DNA of 64,000 nucleotides from Myxococcales bacterium (GTDB taxonomy: Bacteria > Myxococcota > Myxococcia > Myxococcales > JAKAPL01): assembly GCA_021807105.1 (NCBI GenBank), contig JAKAPL010000003.1, positions 13,017-77,016 on the forward strand, read 5' to 3'. The notes under the pieces are model-generated. The model did not search any database. It saw only the letters and a program-made list of their open reading frames with translations, and was not told the DNA's origin. Position 1 is the first letter of the stretch, and the number at the start of each line of letters is the position of its first letter. This document shows positions 1 to 7,408 of the stretch, one piece after another. A program made the translations under genes and the position numbers.

Positions 1-1
1 C

Positions 2-694
2 GCGGCCTCCCCCTCGCCCCCAGGCTCGCCGCCTACGGGAACCGCCGCCCTCTGGGAGGTCCTCGGCCACTTCGACGAGTACCCGGCCGCTGTCCCCTAC
101 CAGGTCGCGGACCAGATGAAGGTCGGGAGCGCGACGCTCCGGATGGCCGGGTTCACGACGGCCGATTCGCCCGCCAAGGTCCTCGCCTTCTACCGAGCCG
201 AGTTCGTGCGCGAGAAGCTGATCCTGCCCCCTGGCCCCCCTCCGGGAGACATCCCGTACGAGGGGCTGACGGGCTTCGACCTCCACGCGAAGCTCCAGAA
301 GACGGTGATGGTCATGGACGGAGGGGGGGGCCCGACCCGGGTGATCCTCAGCGTCTCCCCCGAGGCCGGTCTCGACGAGGAGACGCTCACCAGCGAGTCC
401 AAGGTCCCCGCGGGGCTGCCCGTCTTCCCCAAGTCCTCGGACGTCTTCCGAACCGACGGGGAGGACGGCCCCCGCTGGAGCAGCACCATCAGCTACCAGG
501 CGAGCGGCAAGCCGGCCGAGGTCCTCGACTACATCCGCAAGGGCCTCTCGGAGAAGGGCTGGGCCCAGGCGCCGGCGGCCGACACGTTGCCCGGGCAGGG
601 GCTGCGCTACTTGAGGTCCGGCGAATCCGTCGACATCATGCTGCGGCCGCTCGACCTCGGCTCGACCGAGGTCACCTACCTCTACGTGCACTAG
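2..694 (+). CDS. hypothetical protein, 5' end possibly outside window
   Basis: ORF-track ORF 116..694. The same frame stays open back to base 2 with GC-rich third positions, so the start is either ATG 116 or upstream of the window. No family motif recognised. The stop TAG (692-694) is part of the CTAG end of mini-element A1. Confidence 0.5.
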   Translation, partial: AASPSPPGSPPTGTAALWEVLGHFDEYPAAVPYQVADQMKVGSATLRMAGFTTADSPAKVLAFYRAEFVREKLILPPGPPPGDIPYEGLTGFDLHAKLQKTVMVMDGGGGPTRVILSVSPEAGLDEETLTSESKVPAGLPVFPKSSDVFRTDGEDGPRWSSTISYQASGKPAEVLDYIRKGLSEKGWAQAPAADTLPGQGLRYLRSGESVDIMLRPLDLGSTEVTYLYVH

Positions 695-972
695 GAGGCT
701 GGTGGGAACCCGTCTTATTCACGGTCCGGCTGCTGCGGCGTCCGATCCCACGCCTCCCGAAGGGGGGGCTTGCCACCCCTACCACGACATGGGGGGGTGT
801 GCTCGCTCCTTCCTCCTGCGGCGTGCTTTACGCGACGCCTCGTCGGTCGTCGCTCTCGCTTGCCCTTCTCGGCTCGCGGTCTAAAAACGCCTCGCTACGC
901 CGTACCGTGAATCAGACGGGCTTAGGTCTCGGCGCTCTCGCGACGGCACCCATTTCACATCAAGCCTCCTAG
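691..972. mobile_element. CTAG-flanked palindromic mini-element, family A copy 1 (carries a nested family-B MITE)
   Basis: Left end is CTAG|GAGGCTGGTG and right end is CATCAAGCCTC|CTAG. The right-end region is homologous to the copy at 2370..2493 (TTTCACA(C/T)C(A)AGCCTCCTAG). The two CTAGs supply the TAG stops of the convergent genes 2..694 (+) and rsmB (-). Confidence 0.5.
709..920 (+). mobile_element. MITE-like element, family B copy 1 (212 bp)
   Basis: Terminal inverted repeats are CCCGTCTTATTCACGGTCCGGC (left) and GCCGTACCGTGAATCAGACGGG (right). The body is homologous to 31144..31916 and, in reverse orientation, to 63220..63462. It sits inside element A1. Confidence 0.65.
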
Positions 973-2345
973 CGCTTCGCGAGCACCGCGGCGTAGAAGC
1001 CGTCGGTGCCGTGACGCTGCGGCCAGAGCCGCAGGCCGAGCTCCGACCGGAGCATCGCGGGGCCGCCCGCGAGCGGCTCGTCGAGCGCCGCCGAGAGGTC
1101 GGGGCCCAGGACCTCGCGCCAGGGAGCGACCGCGAAGTCACCCGACAGCGCGAGGAAGCGCGCCACGACCTCCTCGTTCTCCTCCCAGAGCAGGCTGCAG
1201 GTCGCGTACACGAGCCGGCCGCCCGGCCGGACGAGGGGCGAGAGCCGCTGCAGGATTGCGAGCTGCCGCGCCGCGTGATCGGCGATAGCCTCCTCGGACA
1301 GCCGCCGCCGCGCGTCCGGGTTTCGCCGCAGCGATCCCGTCCCGGAGCACGGCGCGTCGACGAGCAGGAGGTCGGCCTTCCCCGAGAGCCGATCGATCGC
1401 CGGGGGCAGCGGTCCCCCCTCGGCGATGGCGACGCAGCGGATGTTGTCGGCGCCCGCTCGCGCCGCCCTCGGACGCAGCATCGCCAGCCGGTCCTCGCGG
1501 GCGTCGAGCGCCCAGATCTCGCCCCGATTTCCCATCGCCGCCGCGAGCGCGAGGCTCTTTCCTCCCGCGCCCGCGCAGCCGTCGACGACCCGTCGCCCCG
1601 GTGGAACCCCGCAGGCCAGCGCGATGAGCTGGCTCCCCTCGTCCTGGACCTCGAAGAGTCCATCGTGGAAGGCCCGCAGCCCGAAGGCGTTGACGTGCGC
1701 GGGCAGGACGAGACCCCAGGGGGAGTAACGGCACGCCGCCGGCCGCGCGCCTTCGGCGGCCAGCCGTTCTCCGAGCTCCCCGGCCGCCGTCCGCAAGAGG
1801 TTCGCGCGAACCGTGAGCGGCGCCCTCCGGTTGAGGGCGCTCGCCAGCGCGGCGGTCTCCGCGGCGCCGAGCCGCCCGCCGAAGCGCGTCACGAACCAGC
1901 CGGGGAGGGACGTCTCGACGGCGATCCGTTCCCAGGGATCCTCCTCGCCTTCCAGGACGCTCCCGCGGAGCGCCGCCGCCCGCTCCGCCACCCGCCCTGG
2001 CAGCTCGCCCGGCGGAGGCGCGTCCCCGGCGAACGCCGCCGCGACGGCGAGCCGAAGCACGTCGAGGCGGGTCGCGGAGAGCGTCGCCCGTGGGACGCGC
2101 AATTCGCCCAGGGCGCGGTCGAGCACGGTCTCGACCAGCCGATCCTGCCGCAGGAGGCGGTAAACGGCCTCCGCGACCGCGCGCCGCTCGGCGCTCCAGA
2201 GTCCCCGCTCCCGGCGCAGCACGCGAGAGAGGGTCCGGTCGGCGAGCTGCCCCTCGGCGCGAATCGCCGCCAGGACCTCGAGGATGACCGCGAGGATCCG
2301 GTCGGGGCGAACGCGGCTCCGGAGACCCTGGGCTTTCACTCCCAT
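969..2345 (-). CDS. rsmB: 16S rRNA (cytosine-C5) methyltransferase, RsmB/Sun (NOL1/NOP2/Sun) family
   Basis: 458 aa. SAM-binding motif DGCAGAGGKS, catalytic motifs DAPCSGTGSLRRNPD and YATCSL, and an N-terminal NusB-like region. Confidence 0.85.
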   Translation of the reverse strand: MGVKAQGLRSRVRPDRILAVILEVLAAIRAEGQLADRTLSRVLRRERGLWSAERRAVAEAVYRLLRQDRLVETVLDRALGELRVPRATLSATRLDVLRLAVAAAFAGDAPPPGELPGRVAERAAALRGSVLEGEEDPWERIAVETSLPGWFVTRFGGRLGAAETAALASALNRRAPLTVRANLLRTAAGELGERLAAEGARPAACRYSPWGLVLPAHVNAFGLRAFHDGLFEVQDEGSQLIALACGVPPGRRVVDGCAGAGGKSLALAAAMGNRGEIWALDAREDRLAMLRPRAARAGADNIRCVAIAEGGPLPPAIDRLSGKADLLLVDAPCSGTGSLRRNPDARRRLSEEAIADHAARQLAILQRLSPLVRPGGRLVYATCSLLWEENEEVVARFLALSGDFAVAPWREVLGPDLSAALDEPLAGGPAMLRSELGLRLWPQRHGTDGFYAAVLAKR

Positions 2346-2369
2346 GGCCGCTGCCTTACCACACGGCTC

Positions 2370-2493
2370 CTAGGAGGCTGCTGTTTTTCGCGGGGATGCT
2401 TCACGCCAATCCCCGAAGCCCAGTGCCGGCGGGACGCCGGCGTTCCGAGGATACCCTCACGGTCGTCGCGCACGTTTCACACCAGCCTCCTAG
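2370..2493. mobile_element. CTAG-flanked palindromic mini-element, family A copy 2 (124 bp)
   Basis: CTAG|GAGGCTGCTG...CACCAGCCTC|CTAG, i.e. 10-bp terminal inverted repeats (9/10 complementary) with CTAG on both sides. It lies in the rsmB / 2868 divergent intergenic region. Confidence 0.5.
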
Positions 2494-2867
2494 AAAGGCC
2501 AGCCGCGCGGCGCGAGCCTCCTCGGAAGGAGGACAGGCTCCGGCCATCCTCGGCCCGCCCGACAAAATGGCACGAGAAAGAAGCGGCCTTCCCGCGAGAC
2601 GTGCCAAAAAGTCCCGCGACCGTTCACTGCTCGGAGAGGCAATGGCCATGAGGCGCCCAGGGAGCCAGGAGCCATGGATCGGCTGCTCTTCCGTTGCTTT
2701 CATGGCTTCCACCCGTATCTGCCGCGGGAAACGCGGATCCGATCCGTAAGCGGTTACCAAGCTCCCCGCCGCGTGGGGGCCTCCTCGTCACCACGGAGAA
2801 TCTCCCGTCCATGTCCGCCCGGCGCCCTGTTCGTGCCCTGGCCCGCGCCTTGCTATGATATCCCGTC

Positions 2868-4076
2868 ATGAGGTCGTGGCCTCTCCTCACCGGGATCGCC
2901 TTGCTGGGCGCCGTCGCGACGGCGACGCCCGCGTCGGCGCAGGTGACCAACGCCTACCTGGACGGCAACGCGACCTCCCCCATCTACTCGGGGTACGTCT
3001 GGCCGTTCCACTACGCCGGCTGCGAGGCCGGCTACAGCAACTCGCAGAGCGCCAACAGCGCGGCCGCCCAATCGGACGAGTTTACCCTGTCCGTCCCGTA
3101 CACGGAGGGGATGAGCTACCAGGCGTTCTGGAGCACGGATTCCTCCTGCGTGGCCCCCGACGGCGGCGCGAACAACCTCCCGATGCAGCTCAACCTGATC
3201 GGGGTCGGCGGAACGCCCACCGAGGACGTGCAGGTCAACCTCGAGTCGGTGCTGGCGACGGCCACCGGCGCCACGGATCCCTGCGACAGCCAACCGCCGC
3301 TCTCGGGCACCGGCTACGTGTGCGTCAACGAGAACGGGTACGGCGTGGGGGGCTATGGTTACGGCTATGGGTATGGGGGTTACGGCACGACTTCCATGCC
3401 CTTCTACGTGACGGTCGAGTACGACATGGCCGCGCCCCAGGCTCCTGGGGGCTTCGCCGTCACGCCGGCGGACGGCGAGCTCGACGTGTCGTGGACCTTC
3501 CCTTACGCCCAGGGGGGAGGCGACAACGCCGACCACTTCGTGGTGTTCGCCCAGGAGGATCCGGCCACCAGCCCGGACGTGTTCGGCACCTGCCAGCCCG
3601 CAGGGGGCGTCGCGGACGGCGGCATCGCCGACGGCGGCCCGGCCGGCGCGGCCATCGCGGACGGCGGCGCCGGGGATGGCGGCGCCGCCGGCGGGGGCGC
3701 CACGGACGGCGGCGTCGCGAACGGGGGCTCGTACGTCTCCTCGACCGCGAGCTCCGATCCCACCCACTGGGCCATCCAGCAGACGGTGCAGAACCCCGGC
3801 AACGCGAACCTCTCGTATCCCATGACCGGACTCACGAACGGCGTCTGTTACGACGTCGCGGTCATCGCCTTCTACAGCGACGGCACGCAGGGAAACCCGA
3901 CGGCCACCGTCACCGCGGCCCCCATCGAGATCCTCGACTACTGGCGGCTCTACCGGAAGTCCGGCGGCCAGGACCCGGGCGGGCTCCACTGTCAGGCCGC
4001 CGGAGGTGGGCTCGCGCCCCTCGCGTTCGTGCTCGCGGCCCTCGTCTTCTTCCGCAGCCGCCGCCGGAGGACATAG
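2868..4076 (+). CDS. secreted FN3-like protein with a MYXO-CTERM-type C-terminal sorting tail
   Basis: 402 aa. Signal peptide MRSWPLLTGIALLGAVATATPASA|Q, a GYGYGYGYGGYG stretch, and a Gly/Asp/Ala-rich low-complexity region. The C-terminus HCQAAGGGLAPLAFVLAALVFFRSRRRRT (Cys, Gly-rich, TM helix, Arg cluster) matches the MYXO-CTERM pattern. Confidence 0.75.
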   Translation: MRSWPLLTGIALLGAVATATPASAQVTNAYLDGNATSPIYSGYVWPFHYAGCEAGYSNSQSANSAAAQSDEFTLSVPYTEGMSYQAFWSTDSSCVAPDGGANNLPMQLNLIGVGGTPTEDVQVNLESVLATATGATDPCDSQPPLSGTGYVCVNENGYGVGGYGYGYGYGGYGTTSMPFYVTVEYDMAAPQAPGGFAVTPADGELDVSWTFPYAQGGGDNADHFVVFAQEDPATSPDVFGTCQPAGGVADGGIADGGPAGAAIADGGAGDGGAAGGGATDGGVANGGSYVSSTASSDPTHWAIQQTVQNPGNANLSYPMTGLTNGVCYDVAVIAFYSDGTQGNPTATVTAAPIEILDYWRLYRKSGGQDPGGLHCQAAGGGLAPLAFVLAALVFFRSRRRRT

Positions 4077-4934
4077 GTGCGCCGCGCCGGCTTGGCCGCG
4101 CTCCTGGTGGGACTCTTGTCCGCCCGGATCGCGCTCGCGGACGATCCGCGCCCGAGTGTCTGGAGCATCGAGGTCCGGGGGAGCACGGTCTTCTACCCCG
4201 ACGCCGACGCCGCGGCGACGCCGGGAAATTACGAGTCGTTCGTCGGCCTCGACGGGGCGACGCACTCCGGCCCTCCTTTCTATGACGTCTACGGTTCGAA
4301 GCATCGTCTCCTGACGGAGCTCGAGCTCGACCGCGACGTCTGGAAAGGCTTCGGATCGGTCTCCGTCGGCCTGACCGGCGGTTACGCCGAGTTCTACGGC
4401 CACGGCATGAAGCTGTGCGCGGGGTACGACGCCTCGGTCGGCTGCCTCGCCCAGGCCGCGGGCGGCGCCGGTTACCTCCAGCAGGTCGCCGTCAACTCGA
4501 GCTTCCACCTCGTCCCCGTGCGGCTCCTCGGCACCTACCGGTTCGACGTGCTGGTCCCGCGCGGCATCCCGCTCGTGCCGTTCATCCGCGGCGGACTCGA
4601 CTGGGTGCTCTACTGGAACGCCGAGCAGAGCGGGCAGATCTCGTTCGTCGCGAACGACGCCGGCGTCAAGGGGCTGGGATTGACGACCGGGTACGAGGGC
4701 GCGATCGGACTGGAGCTGCTGTTGGACTGGTTGGACGCCGAGATCGGCAACGACGCCTGGCGCGACCTGGGAATCGCGCACACCTACCTGCTCGTCGAGT
4801 ACGTGGACCAGATCATCCAGAACGGCCCCGGCGACGTCGTCCACGCCATCCGGACCCTCGGAGCGACACCCGCCGCCCCGGCGATCGACCTCTCGGCGCG
4901 CTACTTCGATTTTGGCCTCGGCTTCCAGTTCTGA
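4077..4934 (+). CDS. outer-membrane beta-barrel protein, translationally coupled to the MYXO-CTERM protein
   Basis: 285 aa. GTG start directly follows the upstream TAG (TAGGTG), with GGAGG 7 nt upstream. Signal peptide ends ...ARIALA|DD. Alternating beta-strand pattern and the terminal FGLGFQF are typical of OMP C-termini. Confidence 0.7.
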   Translation: MRRAGLAALLVGLLSARIALADDPRPSVWSIEVRGSTVFYPDADAAATPGNYESFVGLDGATHSGPPFYDVYGSKHRLLTELELDRDVWKGFGSVSVGLTGGYAEFYGHGMKLCAGYDASVGCLAQAAGGAGYLQQVAVNSSFHLVPVRLLGTYRFDVLVPRGIPLVPFIRGGLDWVLYWNAEQSGQISFVANDAGVKGLGLTTGYEGAIGLELLLDWLDAEIGNDAWRDLGIAHTYLLVEYVDQIIQNGPGDVVHAIRTLGATPAAPAIDLSARYFDFGLGFQF

Positions 4935-5114
4935 CTTGGGGTTCGCCCTTTTCGCCGTCGCGAGGTCGAGGACGGGGCGGCGCCGCCGCCGCGACGCACA
5001 GGCGGTTTTCGTCGAAGACGTACTGAAGTACGTCGAGACGAAAACCGCCGAGCACCGAAGCGCCGGCCGCGCCGGACCGACCGCGAGTGGGCGGGAAAAG
5101 GGCGAAACCCAAGT
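4934..5114. repeat. 180-bp nested palindrome (long imperfect hairpin) at a convergent gene junction
   Basis: Outer arms are ACTTGGGGTTCGCCCTTTTC (4934-4953) and GAAAAGGGCGAAACCCAAGT (5095-5114). The inner 49-nt near-perfect palindrome is GGCGGTTTTCGTCGAAGACGTACTGAAGTACGTCGAGACGAAAACCGCC (5001-5049). Both strands translate to the same SSDLGFALF peptide in the ORF track. It starts at the last base of the TGA of gene 4077..4934. Confidence 0.7.
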
Positions 5115-5153
5115 CCGAGGAGACGCACGTCCACACCTTCGCGAACCGCCGTC

Positions 5154-5366
5154 CTACATCCCGCCTTCGCCGGTCGCGAAGTTACGCAGGTTCTTGGTTC
5201 CCTGCCCCTGGAAGCCGGCCGTCACGGTCCTCGGGGTGGCGCTCGTCTGGCCGCCCAGGATGTCGACCGACGCGCCGAACAGCGCCCGGATGTCGTTCCC
5301 ATAGGTGGTGACGATCCCCACCGCGGCAATCGCGACGAGGGCGACGATGATGATGTACTCCGTCAT
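5154..5366 (-). CDS. Flp/Fap-like type IVb pilin (small hydrophobic protein)
   Basis: This is the last 70 codons of ORF 5154..5693. The N-terminus MTEYIIIVALVAIAAVGIVTTYG resembles the E-Y hydrophobic core of Flp pilins. The in-frame upstream residues ...RRGQG would give a G|MTEY prepilin-peptidase-type site if translation starts at GTG 5459. Confidence 0.5.
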   Translation of the reverse strand: MTEYIIIVALVAIAAVGIVTTYGNDIRALFGASVDILGGQTSATPRTVTAGFQGQGTKNLRNFATGEGGM

Positions 5367-5446
5367 CCCTTGGCCGCGGCGAGACCGTCCCCCCTCCAGA
5401 GCGGCACCGCCGCGCTCGATCGCCCGAGACCGAGGCCGCTTTTGCG

Positions 5447-7315
5447 TCAGTAGCAGCACCCCGGACCTCCCGCGGGGCAGGAACCGTACGTGCTGCTCGT
5501 GCCCGGCTGGATGCAGCTCTGATTCGACGGGCAATCGCCGTCGGTCTTGCAGCCCTGGGTGCAGGTCCCCTGGAAGCAGATCGCGTAGCTGTTGCTCTGA
5601 CCACAGTTGCAGTCCGAATCGGACTGACAGCCGCATCCGAGGGCTTCTCCCGGATCGCTCGTGCAGCTCCCCGGGTTCGCGTTGCTGCGGCACTGTCCCG
5701 CGCCGCAGGTTTGGCTGCCGCAGGCCCCGCCACCGCCGTCGAGCTGCTCTCCGCCGTCGAGGTTCGGGCTCCCCGCGTCCTCGGTGCCGGCGTCCGGCTC
5801 CTCAGGGCAGAGGGTCTGGTCGAGGAAGTCGGAGCCGGGGAGCTTGTAGCCCGGCTCGGCGGGGACGGTGAACTGGTTGAGCACCATGTCCACGGGGTCC
5901 CACTTCTGGGCCCAGAGGCCGAAGAGGCTGATCTCGCCGCCGGCGTGCGCCTTGAGCTTGGAGAAGAAGTCGCCGTAGAGGCCGGCCTCGCACTTGAGCT
6001 TCGGATCGGACGACAGCGGATCGATCGACGCGCTGTCCTCGACCTTGATCTCCGCCCCTGCCTTCCATTCCAGTCCGATGACCGGGCCGGCGAGATCGAA
6101 GACCATGAAGGAGATGTCGAGGCTCGTCTTGCCGTACGCCTCCATGCCCGCCTCACCCGTGCCTTTGAACTGGGGGCTCGGGGGCGTGAAAGTGGACTGG
6201 TTGACCCCCTGGAACCCATCGGCCGGCGTCCAGATGAACCCGGTCGTGAACGAGTCGCTCACCGATGCTTTGATGGTCGCCGAGATCTTCCCCTCGACCT
6301 CGATGCCGACGTCGCCACGGAACTCGAGGTTCGGGATGACCGGGACGGGGCCGACCTGGATGTCGCCGAGGGACACCTCCTCGGGGGGAAGCGACTCTTG
6401 CTCGAGGTTCTCGGCGGGCCCCCAGATGTGGCCGTCGTTCGGCAGGGGGACCTCGTAGGCCTCCTTGGCGGTCACCCCGACGCCGAACGTGAGCTCCGGG
6501 GTGCCCTGGAGGACGAACTTGACGAGATCCACCTCGACGTAGGGCACGGGGACGGACACGCAGACATGCGGCCACCAGGGGTCGCACTTCTGATCCCAGT
6601 GGATGCCCTGGCGGTGCACGATGTCGATCACGATGTTGTGGTGGAAGGTGGGCTCGAAATAGATGTGGCCGCTCACCTTCCCCTTGAAATGAGTCTCGCT
6701 CTCGTCCCCTGACGGCTCCGTCGACTCGGGCTTGCTGCCCTCGTCCTCCCGCGGGGCGGGCAGGCCGTTCCCCATCGAGGGGGGCGCCGTCGTCCCGCCG
6801 CTCGGGAGCGTCCGCGGGTCCTCGTCCGGGAGGGGGATCTCGGCGTGCAGCCAGCCGTTCCAGAGGAGGTCGGTCAGGGCCGCGTTCGTGACCTCCACCA
6901 CGACGGTGTCGCCGGACGGCGTGATCGAGACGATCTTTCGCAGGAACCCATGTCCGCCGCAGAGCTGGTTGCAGTAGAGCACGTCGCCGGGCTGCCGTGC
7001 GAGCAGCCAGTTCGCGTCGCTCCGGGCGAACACCAGCCGGCCGGGGAGGTTCTGCACCGAATGGACGCTCGGCGTCTTCGAGACGTCGACCGCCCGCGGA
7101 TTGAGCGTGAGGTTCTGGTTCGGCTCGCCGAAGTCGGCGCGCAGCGAGGTGTAGTCGACCGAACCGTCCGCCAGCCGGTAGGTCTTCGCCGCCACGCCGC
7201 CCACCATGGGGACGGCGCCCGCCGAGCTCGCCCCGTGATCGCCAGCCCCCCCGCACGCCGTACCGCCCAGCACCGCCGCGACGAACCCCGCCAAACCCCG
7301 CAACCCGATCCGCAT
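5447..7315 (-). CDS. secreted lipoprotein with a Cys-rich C-terminal module
   Basis: 622 aa. Lipobox LGGTAC|GG and an acidic linker. The C-terminal ~90 aa carries about 18 Cys including the CQSDSDCNC / CKTDGDCPSNQSC motifs shared with the 7409, 42446 and 45344 proteins. SD GGAAGGGAG lies upstream of the ATG. Confidence 0.7.
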   Translation of the reverse strand: MRIGLRGLAGFVAAVLGGTACGGAGDHGASSAGAVPMVGGVAAKTYRLADGSVDYTSLRADFGEPNQNLTLNPRAVDVSKTPSVHSVQNLPGRLVFARSDANWLLARQPGDVLYCNQLCGGHGFLRKIVSITPSGDTVVVEVTNAALTDLLWNGWLHAEIPLPDEDPRTLPSGGTTAPPSMGNGLPAPREDEGSKPESTEPSGDESETHFKGKVSGHIYFEPTFHHNIVIDIVHRQGIHWDQKCDPWWPHVCVSVPVPYVEVDLVKFVLQGTPELTFGVGVTAKEAYEVPLPNDGHIWGPAENLEQESLPPEEVSLGDIQVGPVPVIPNLEFRGDVGIEVEGKISATIKASVSDSFTTGFIWTPADGFQGVNQSTFTPPSPQFKGTGEAGMEAYGKTSLDISFMVFDLAGPVIGLEWKAGAEIKVEDSASIDPLSSDPKLKCEAGLYGDFFSKLKAHAGGEISLFGLWAQKWDPVDMVLNQFTVPAEPGYKLPGSDFLDQTLCPEEPDAGTEDAGSPNLDGGEQLDGGGGACGSQTCGAGQCRSNANPGSCTSDPGEALGCGCQSDSDCNCGQSNSYAICFQGTCTQGCKTDGDCPSNQSCIQPGTSSTYGSCPAGGPGCCY

Positions 7316-7383
7316 GACCAGACTCCCTTCCGTGGCGGACTACCGCCTGTCTCCCTCCTCCTACCACAGATGGCCGCTCACGT

Positions 7384-7403
7384 CATCCGTCGATCGACGG
7401 ATG
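7384..7403 (-). terminator. perfect 20-nt palindrome / intercistronic hairpin
   Basis: CATCCGTCGATCGACGGATG starts 5 nt downstream of the stop of gene 7409..8404 (minus strand) and lies upstream of the SD of gene 5447..7315. There is no U-tract, so it may be a stabiliser or attenuator rather than a full terminator. Confidence 0.35.
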
Positions 7404-7408
7404 GGGTA

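Noticed and set aside
702-884. 60-aa ORF inside MITE copy 1 (MGTRLIHGPAAAASDP...ALACPSRLAV)
   Set aside because: The same frame is open in copy 3 but lacks a start codon there. It is broken by a stop at 31283 and by the arrays in copy 2. The similarity is explained by the element's nucleotide conservation.
2846-2870. Leaderless-mRNA promoter (TATGAT 8 nt before ATG 2868)
   Set aside because: The hexamer is attractive, but no convincing -35 is present at 16-18 nt, and a single -10-like hexamer in 500 bp of intergenic DNA is not sufficient evidence.
2853-4844. 663-aa minus-strand ORF antisense to the MYXO-CTERM and OMP genes
   Set aside because: It has the Arg/Gly/Asp/Pro-rich composition typical of off-frame reading of high-GC3 genes and no recognisable motif. 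The plus strand carries two genes with signal peptides, an SD and translational coupling.
5182-6219. 345-aa minus-strand ORF overlapping the Flp-like gene and the 3' part of the 622-aa lipoprotein gene
   Set aside because: It is an Arg/Ser/Ala-rich shadow frame. The overlapping frame 5447..7315 has a lipobox, an SD and the Cys-rich module shared with three other proteins.
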